Part shown: positions 53,401 to 64,000 of the stretch, piece after piece
Position numbering within the stretch: the stretch's first letter is position 1
Layout of the letters: each line of letters opens with the position of its first letter
Assembly (NCBI GenBank): GCA_964016885.1
Contig: OZ024744.1
Span: forward strand, 14,632,001-14,696,000
DNA from: Eledone cirrhosa
Taxonomy: Eukaryota
Length of the DNA stretch: 64,000 nt
Reading direction: 5' to 3'
The notes under the pieces: generated by a model
What the model was told of the DNA's origin: nothing
The model's input: only the letters and a program-made list of their open reading frames with translations
Databases searched by the model: none
Made by a program: the position numbers and the translations under genes

Positions 53401-56400
53401 ATACAACACTGTCTCTTACTTCGAACATATAACACTGTCGCTTCTAACATATAACACTGTTTCTTATTTCTAACATATAACACTGTCTCTTACTTCTAAC
53501 ATATAACACTGTCTCTTACCTCTAACATATAACACTGTCTCTTACTTCTAACATATAACACTGTCTCTTACCTCTAACATATAACACTGTCTCTTACTTC
53601 TAACATATAACACTGTCTCTTACTTCTAACATATAACACTGTCTCTTACTTCTAAAATATAACAATGTCTCTTACATCTAAAATATAACACTGTCTCTTA
53701 CTTCTAAAATATAACACTGTCTCTTACTTCGAACATATAACACTGTCTCTTATTTCTTACATATAACACTGTTTCTTATTCCTAACATATAACACTGTCT
53801 CTTACATCTAACATATAACACTGTCTCTTACCTCCAACATATAACACTGTCTCTTACTTCTAACATATAACACTGTCTCTTACCTCTAACATATAACACT
53901 GTCTCTTCTAACATATAACACTGTCTCTTACATCTAACATACCAGACTGTCTCTTACTTCTAAAATATAACACTGTCTCTTACTTCTAAAATATAACACT
54001 GTCTCTTACTTCTAAAATATAACACTGTCTCTTACTTCTAACATATAACACTATCTCTAACCTCTAACATATAACACTGCCTCTTACTTCTAAAATATAA
54101 CACTGTCTCTTACTTCTAAAATATAACACTGTCTCTTACCTCTAACATATAACACTGTCTCTTACCTCTAACATATAACACTGTCTCTTACTTCTAAAAT
54201 ATAACACTGCCTCTTGCTTCTAAAATATAACACTGCCTCTTACTTCTAACATATAACACTGTCTCTTACTTCTAAAATATAACACTGTCTCTTACTTCTA
54301 ACATATAACACTGTCTCTTACTTCTAACATATAACACTGTCTCTTACCTCTAAGATATAACACTGTCTCTTCTAACATATAACACTGTCTCTTACCTATA
54401 ACATATAACACTGTCTCTTACTTCTAAAATATAACACTGTCTCTTACTTCTAACATATAACACTGTCTCTTACCTCTAATATATAACACTGTCTCTTACC
54501 TCTAACATATAACACTGTCTCTTACTTCTAACATATAACAGTCTCTTACTTCTAACATATAACACTGTCTCTTACTTCTAACATATAAAACTGTCTCTTA
54601 CTTCTAACATATATCACTGTCTCTTACTTCTAAAATATAACACTGTCTCTTACCTCTAAGATATAACACTGTCTCTTACCTTTAACATATAACATTGTCA
54701 CTTACCTCTAACATATAACACTGTCTCTTACTTCTAAAATATAACGCTGTCTCTTACCTCTAACATATAACACTGTCTCTTCCTTCTAACATATAACACT
54801 GCCTCTTACTTGTAATATATAACACTGTCTCTTACCTCTAACATATAACACTGTCTCTTATTTCTAAAATATAACACTGTCTCTTACTTCCAACATATAA
54901 CACTGTCTCTCACCTCTAACATATAACACTGTCTCTTACATCTAACTTATAACACTGTCACTTACTTCTAAAATATAACACTGTCTCTTACCTCTAACAT
55001 ATAACACTGTCTCTTCTAAGATATAACACTGTCTCTTACTTCTAACATATAACACTGTCTCTTCTAAGATATAACACTGTCTCTTACTTCTAACATATAA
55101 CACTGTCTCTCACTTCTAAAATATAACACTGTCTCTTACTTCTAACATATAACACTGTCTCTTACCTCTAACATATAACAATGTCTCTTACTTCTAACAT
55201 ATAACACTGTCTCTTACTTCTAACATATAACACTGTCTCTTACCTCTAACATATAACACTGTCTCTTCTAACATATAACACTGTCTCTTACTTCTAACAT
55301 ATAACACTGTCTCTTACTTCGAACATATAAAATGTCTCTTACCTCTAACATATAGTACTGTGTCTTCTAACATATAACACTGTCTCTTACATCTAACATA
55401 CAACACTGTCTCTTACTTCGAACATATAACACTGTCGCTTCTAACATATAACACTGTTTCTTATTTCTAACATATAACACTGTCTCTTATTTCTAAAATA
55501 TAACACTGTCTCTTACTTCTAAAATATAACGCTGTCTCTTACCTCTAACATATAACACTGTCTCTTCCTTCTAACATATAACACAGCCTCTTACTTGTAA
55601 TATATAACACTGTCTCTTACCTCTAACATATAACACTGTATCTTATTTCTAAAATATAACACTGTCTCTTACTTCTAAAATATAACACTGCCTCTTACTT
55701 CTAACATATAACACTGTCTCTTACTTCTAAAATATAACACTGTCTCTTACTTCTAAAATATAACACTGCCTCTTACTTCTAACATATAACACTGTCTCTT
55801 ACTTCTAAAATATAACACTGTCTCTTACTTCTAAAATATAACACTGTCTCTTACTTCGAACATATAACACTGTCTCTTATTTCTTACATATAACACTGTC
55901 TCTTACTTCTAACATATAACACTATCTCTAACCTCTAACATATAACACTGTCTCTTACTTCTAACATATAACACTGTCTCTTACTTCTAACATATAACAC
56001 TGTCTCTTACCTCTAAGATATAACACTGTCTCTTCTAACATATAACACTGTCTCTTACTTCTAACATATAACACTGTCTCTTACTTCTAACATATAAAAC
56101 TGTCTCTTACCTCTAACATATAACACTGTCTCTTACTTCTAACATATAACACTGTCTCTTACATCTAACATACAACACTGTCTCTTACTTCGAACATATA
56201 ACGCTGTCGCTTCTAACATATAACACTGTTTCTTATTTCTAACATATAACACTGTCTCTTACTTCTAACATATAACACTATCTCTAACCTCTAACATATA
56301 ACACTGTCTCTTACCTCTAACATATAACACTGTCTCTTACTTCTAACATATAACACTGTCTCTTACTTCTAACATATAACACTGTCTCTTACCTCTAACA

Positions 56401-59400
56401 TATAACACTGTCTCTTACTTCTAAAATATAACACTGTCTCTTACGTCTAACATATAACACTGTCACTTACCTCTAACATATACCACTGTCTCTTACTTCT
56501 AAAATATAACACTGTCTCTTACTTCTAACATATAACACTGTCTCTTATTTCTAAAATATAACACTGTCTCTTATTTCTAAAATATACCAATGTCTCTTAC
56601 TTCTAAAATATAACGCTGTCTCTTACCTCTAACATATAACACTGTCTCTTCCTTCTAACATATAACACTGCCTCTTACTTGTAATATATAACACTGTCTC
56701 TTACCTCTAACATACAACACTGTCTCTTATTTCTAAAATATAACACTCTCTTACTTCTAAAATATAACACTGCCTCTTACTTCTAACATATAACACTGTC
56801 TCTTACTTCTAAAATATAACACTGTCTCTTACTTCTAAAATATAACACTGCCTCTTACTTCTAACATATAACACTGTCTCTTACTTCTAAAATATAACAC
56901 TGTCTCTTACTTCTAAAATATAACACTGTCTCTTACTTCGAACATATAACACTGTCTCTTATTTCTTACATATAACACTGTCTCTTACTTCTAACATATA
57001 ACACTATCTCTAACCTCTAACATATAACACTGTCTCTTACTTCTAACATATAACACTGTCTCTTACTTCTAACATATAACACTGTCTCTTACCTCTAAGA
57101 TATAACACTGTCTCTTCTAACATATAACACCGTCTCTTACTTCTAACATATAACACTGTCTCTTACTTCTAACATATAAAACTGTCTCTTACCTCTAACA
57201 TATAACACTGTCTCTCACTTCTAACATATAACACTGTCTCTTACATCTAACATACAACACTGTCTCTTACTTCGAACATATAACACTGTCGCTTCTAACA
57301 TATAACACTGTTTCTTATTTCTAACATATAACACTGTCTCTTACTTCTAACATATAACACTGTCTCTTACCTCTAACATATAACACTGTCTCTTACTTCT
57401 AACATATAACACTGTCTCTTACCTCTAACATATAACACTGTCTCTTACTTCTAACATATAACACTGTCTCTTACTTCTAACATATAACACTGTCTCTTAC
57501 TTCTAAAATATAACAATGTCTCTTACATCTAAAATATAACACTGTCTCTTACTTCTAAAATATAACACTGTCTCTTACTTCGAACATATAACACTGTCTC
57601 TTATTTCTTACATATAACACTGTCTCTTACTTCTAACATATAACACTATCTCTAACCTATAACATATAACACTGTTTCTTATTCCTAACATATAACACTG
57701 TCTCTTACATCTAACATATAACACTGTCTCTTACCTCCAACATATAACACTGTCTCTTACTTCTAACATATAACACTGTCTCTTACCTCTAACATATAAC
57801 AATGTCTCTTCTAACATATAACACTGTCTCTTACATCTAACATACAACACTGTCTCTTACTTCTAAAATATAACACTGTCTCTTACTTCTAAAATATAAC
57901 ACTGTCTCTTACTTCTAAAATATAACACTGTCTCTTACTTCTAACATATAACACTATCTCTAACCTCTAACATATAACACTGCCTCTTACTTCTAAAATA
58001 TAACACTGTCTCTTACTTCTAAAATATAACACTGTCTCTTACCTCTAACATATAACACTGTCTCTTACCTCTAACATATAACACTGTCTCTTACTTCTAA
58101 AATATAACACTGCCTCTTGCTTCTAAAATATAACACTGCCTCTTACTTCTAACATATAACACTGTCTCTTACTTCTAAAATATAACACTGTCTCTTACTT
58201 CTAACATATAACACTGTCTCTTACTTCTAACATATAACACTGTCTCTTACCTATAACATATAACACTGTCTCTTACCTCTAATATATAACACTGTCTCTT
58301 ACCTCTAACACATAACACTGTCTCTTACTTCTAACATATAACAGTCTCTTACTTCTAACATATAACATTGTCTCTTACTTCTAACATATAAAACTGTCTC
58401 TTACTTCTAACATATATCACTGTCTCTTACTTCTAAAATATAACACTGTCTCTTACCTCTAAGATATAACACTGTCTCTTACCTTTAACATATAACATTG
58501 TCACTTACCTCTAACATATAACACTGTCTCTTACTTCTAAAATATAACGCTGTCTCTTACCTCTAACATATAACACTGTCTCTTCCTTCTAACATATAAC
58601 ACTGCCTCTTACTTGTAATATATAACACTGTCTCTTACCTCTAACATATAACACTGTCTCTTATTTCTAAAATATAACACTGTCTCTTACTTCCAACATA
58701 TAACACTGTCTCTTACCTCTAACATATAACACTGTCTCTTACATCTAACTTATAACACTGTCACTTACTTCTAAAATATAACACTGTCTCTTACCTCTAA
58801 CATATAACACTGTCTCTTCTAAGATATAACACTGTCTCTTACTTCTAACATATAACACTGTCTCTTCTAAGATATAACACTGTCTCTTACTTCTAACATA
58901 TAACACTGTCTCTCACTTCTAAAATATAACACTGTCTCTTACTTCTAACATATAACACTGTCTCTTACCTCTAACATATAACAATGTCTCTTACTTCTAA
59001 CATATAACACTGTCTCTTACTTCTAACATATAACACTGTCTCTTACCTCTAACATATAACACTGTCTCTTCTAACATATAACACTGTCTCTTACTTATAA
59101 CATATAACACTGTCTCTTACTTCGAACATATAAAATGTCTCTTACCTCTAACATATAGTACCGTGTCTTCTAACATATAACACTGTCTCTTACATCTAAC
59201 ATACAACACTGTCTCTTACTTCGAACATATAACACTGTCGCTTCTAACATATAACACTGTTTCTTATTTCTAACATATAACACTGTCTCTTACTTCTAAC
59301 ATATAACACTATCTCTAACCTCTAACATATAACACTGTCTCTTACCTCTAACATATAACACTGTCTCTTACTTCTAACATATAACACTGTCTCTTCTAAC

Positions 59401-62400
59401 ATATAACACTGTCTCTTACTTCTAAAATATAACACTGTCTCTTACTTCTAAAATATAACACTGTCTCTTACTTCGAACATATAACACTGTGTCTTATTTC
59501 TTACATATAACACTGTCTCTTACTTCTAACATATAACACTATCTTTAAACTCTAACATATAACACTGTCTCTTACATCTAACATATAACACTGTCACTTA
59601 CTTCTAACATATAACACTGTCTCTTACCTCTAACATATAACACTGTCTCTTACCTCTAACATATAACACTGTCTCTTACCTCTAATATATAACACTGTCT
59701 CTTACCTCTATCATATAACACTGTCTCTTACCTCTATCATATAACACTGTCTCTTACCTCTAACATATAACACTGTCTCTTACTTCTAACATATAAAACT
59801 GTCTCTTACTTCTAACACATAAAACTGTCTCTTACCTCTAACATATAACAATGTGTCTTCTAACATATAACACTGTCTCTTACTTCTAACATATAACACT
59901 GTCTCTTACATCTAACATACAACACTGTCTCTTACTTCTAACATATAACACTGTCTCTTCTAACATATAAAACTGTCTCTTACTTCTAAAATATAACACT
60001 GTCTCTTACTTCTAACATATAACACTCTCTCTTACTTCTAAAATATAACACTGTCTCTTCCTTCTAAAATATAACACTGTGTCTTACTTTTAAATATACC
60101 ACTGTCTCTTACTTCTAAAATATAACACTGTCTCTTACTTCGAACATATAACACAGTCTCTTATTTCTAACATATAACACTGTCTCTTACTTCTAACATA
60201 TAACACTATGTCTAACCTCTAACATATAACACTGCCTCTTACTTCTACCATATAACACTGTCTCTTACTTCTAAAATATAACACTGTCTCTTACCGCTAA
60301 CATATAACACTGACTCTTTCCTCTAACATATAACACCGTCTCTTACTTCTAACACATAACACTGTCTCTTACCTCTAACATATAACACTGTCTCTTACCT
60401 CTAACATATAACACTGTCTCTAACCTCTAACATATAACACTGTCTCTTACCTCTAATATATAACACTGTCTGTTACCTCTAACATATAACAATGTCTCTT
60501 ACTTCTAACATATAACACTGTCTCTTACTTCTAACATATAACACTGTCTCTTACTTCTAACATATAACACTGTCTCTTCTAAGATATAACACTGTCTCTT
60601 ACTTCTAACATATAACACTGTCTCTTACTTCTAAAATATAACACTGTCTCTTACTTCTAACGTATAACACTGTCTCTTACTTCTAAAATATAACACTATC
60701 TCTTACTTCTAAAATATAACACTGTCTCTTACTTCTAACATATAACACTGTCCCTTACCTCTAACATATAACACTGTCTCTTCTAACATATAACACTGTC
60801 TCTTACTTCTAACATATAACACTGTCTCTTCTAACATATAACACTGTCTCTTACTTCTAACGTATAACACTGTCTCTTACTTCTAAGATATAACACTGTC
60901 TCTTACTTCTAACATACAACACTGTCTCTTACTTCTAACATATAACACTGTCTCTTCTAACATATAACACTGTCTCTTACTTCTAACATATAACACTGCC
61001 TCTTACTTGTAATATATAACACTGTCTCTTACCTCTAACATATAACACTGTCTCTTATTTCTAAAATATAACACTGTCTCTTACTTCTAAAATATAAAAC
61101 TGTCTCTTACTTCTAAAATATAAAACTGTCTCTTACTTCTAAAATATAACACTGTCTCTTACTTCTAACATATAACACTGTCTCTTACTTCTAACATATA
61201 ACACTGTCCCTTACATCTAACATATAACACTGTCTCTTACTTCTAACATATAACACTGTCTCTTATCTCTAACATATAACACTGTCTCTTACCTCTAACA
61301 TATAACACTGTCTCTTACCTCTAACATATAACACTGTCTCTTACCTCTGACATATAACACTGTGTCTTACATCTATCATATAACACTGTCTCTTCCTTCT
61401 AACATATAACACTGCCTCTTACTTGTAATATATAACACTGTCTCTTACCTCTAACATATAACACTGTCTCTTATTTCTAAAATATAACACTGTCTCTTAC
61501 TTCCAACATATAACACTGTCTCTTACCTCTAACATATAACACTGTCTCTTACATCTAACATATAACACTGTCACTTACTTCTAAAATATAACACTGTCTC
61601 TTACCTCTAACATATAACACTGTCTCTTCTAAGATATAACACTGTCTCTTACTTCTAACATATAACACTGTCTCTTCTAAGATATAACACTGTCTCTTAC
61701 TTCTAACATATAACACTGTCTCTCACTTCTAAAATATAACACTGTCTCTTACTTCTAACATATAACACTGTCTCTTACCTCTAACATATAACAATGTCTC
61801 TTACTTCTAACATATAACACTGTCTCTTACTTCTAACATATAACACTGTCTCTTACCTCTAACATATAACACTCTCTCTTCTAACATATAACACTGTCTC
61901 TTACTTCTAACATATAACACTGTCTCTTACTTCTAACATATAAAATGTCTCTTACCTCTAACATGTAGTACTGTGTCTTCTAACATATAACACTGTCTCT
62001 TACATCTAACATACAACACTGTCTCTTACTTCGAACATATAACACTGTCGCTTCTAACATATAACACTGTTTCTTATTTCTAACATATAACACTGTCTCT
62101 TACTTCTAACATATAACACTATCTGTAACCTCTAACATATAACACTGTCTCTTACCTCTAACATATAACACTGTCTCTTACTTCTAACATATAACACTGT
62201 CTCTTACTTCTAACATATAACACTGTCTCTTCTAACATATAACACTGTCTCTTACTTCTAAAATATAACACTGTCTCTTACTTCTAAAATATAACACTGT
62301 CTCTTACTTCGAACATATAACACTGTGTCTTATTTCTTACATATAACACTGTCTCTTACTTCTAACATATAACACTATCTTTAACCTCTAACATATAACA

Positions 62401-64000
62401 CTGTCTCTTACATCTAACATATAACACTGTCACTTACTTCTAACATATAACACTGTCTCTTACCTCTAACATATAACACTGTCTCTTACCTCTAACATAT
62501 AACACTGTCTCTTACCTCTAACATATAACACTGTCTCTTACCTCTATCATATAACACTGTCTCTTACCTCTATCATATAACACTGTCTCTTACCTCTAAC
62601 ATATAACACTGTCTCTTCTAACATATAACACTGTCTCTTACTTCTAACATATAAAACTGTCTCTTACTTCTAACACATAAAACTGTCTCTTACCTCTAAC
62701 ATATAACAATGTGTCTTCTAACATATAACACTGTCTCTTACTTCTAACATATAACACTGTCTCTTACATCTAACATACAACACTGTCTCTTACTTCTAAC
62801 ATATAACACTGTCTCTTCTAACATATAAAACTGTCTCTTACTTCTAAAATATAACACTGTCTCTTACTTCTAACATATAACACTCTCTCTTACTTCTAAA
62901 ATATAACACTGTCTCTTACTTCTAACATATAACACTATGTCTAACCTCTAACATATAACACTGCCTCTTACTTCTACCATATAACACTGTCTCTTACTTC
63001 TAAAATATAACACTGTCTCTTACCGCTAACATATAACACTGACTCTTTCCTCTAACATATAACACCGTCTCTTACTTCTAACACATAACACTGTCTCTTA
63101 CCTCTAACATATAACACTGTCTCTTACCTCTAACATATAACACTGTCTCTTACCTCTAACATATAACACTGTCTCTTACCTCTAATATATAACACTGTCT
63201 CTTACCTCTAACATATAACAATGTCTCTTACTTCTAACATATAACACTGTCTCTTACTTCTAACATATAACACTGTCTCTTACTTCTAACATATAACACT
63301 GTCTCTTACTTCTAACATATAACACTGTCTCTTCTAAGATATAACACTGTCTCTTACTTCTAACATATAACACTGTCTCTTCTAAGATATAACACTGTCT
63401 CTTACTTCTAACATATAACACTGTCTCTCACTTCAAAAATATAACGCTGTTTCTTACTTCTAACATATAACACTGTCTCTTACTTCTAAAATATAACACT
63501 GTCTCTTACTTCTAACATATAACACTGTCTCTTACTTCTAAAATATAACACTGTCTCTTATTTCTAAAATATAACAATGTCTCTTACTTCTAAAATATAA
63601 CGCTGTCTCTTACCTCTAACATATAACACTGTCTCTTCCTTCTAACATATAACACTGCCTCTTACTTGTAATATATAACACTGTCTCTTACCTCTAACAT
63701 ACAACACTGTCTCTTATTTCTAAAATATAACACTCTCTTACTTCTAAAATATAACACTGCCTCTTACTTCTAACATATAACACTGTCTCTTACTTCTAAA
63801 ATATAACACTGTCTCTTACTTCTAAAATATAACACTGCCTCTTACTTCTAACATATAACACTGTCTCTTACTTCTAAAATATAACACTGTCTCTTACTTC
63901 TAAAATATAACACTGTCTCTTACTTCGAACATATAACACTGTCTCTTATTTCTTACATATAACACTGTCTCTTACTTCTAACATATAACACTATCTCTAA
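44490..64000. repeat. 26-bp tandem satellite (AACATATAACACTGTCTCTTACTTCT), about 750 units, open at the right edge
   Basis: 26-bp period with 21-bp deletion variants. Higher-order duplications are present. Confidence 0.98.

Overview
Eukaryotic, repeat-dominated genomic DNA. The SINE/RTE/Penelope repertoire and microsatellite density suggest an octopus or other cephalopod (inference). The only host gene visible is the 3' part of adenylate kinase 7 (AK7) on the minus strand. Three small exons (44349-44429, 36238-36377, 20745-20903) have canonical, phase-compatible splice sites and encode the PRNYG motif, a coiled coil and the Dpy-30-like domain. The terminal exon was not found and probably lies left of the window. 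Everything else appears intronic. There are two giant satellites: a 41-bp unit (1-19640) and a 26-bp unit (about 44490-64000), both with higher-order structure. Smaller arrays have 60-, 25- and 18-bp units or trinucleotide-based units. A retroelement cluster contains two L1/Tx1-like LINEs, an RTE with a PHD finger, two Penelope-like fragments and tRNA-derived SINEs. Main observations: (1) the 41-bp unit is the 5' half of a tRNA-like/SINE head with a Pol III A-box, repeated about 480 times in the gene's sense orientation; (2) the 60-bp minisatellite is an in-frame expansion of the C-terminal zinc finger of an RTE LINE, with both ancestral flanks preserved; (3) the 26-bp unit carries adjacent acceptor-like and donor-like motifs, and the array has a 10,838-bp tandem super-repeat; (4) a Penelope fragment is bracketed by two long palindromes, with hammerhead-like motifs nearby.
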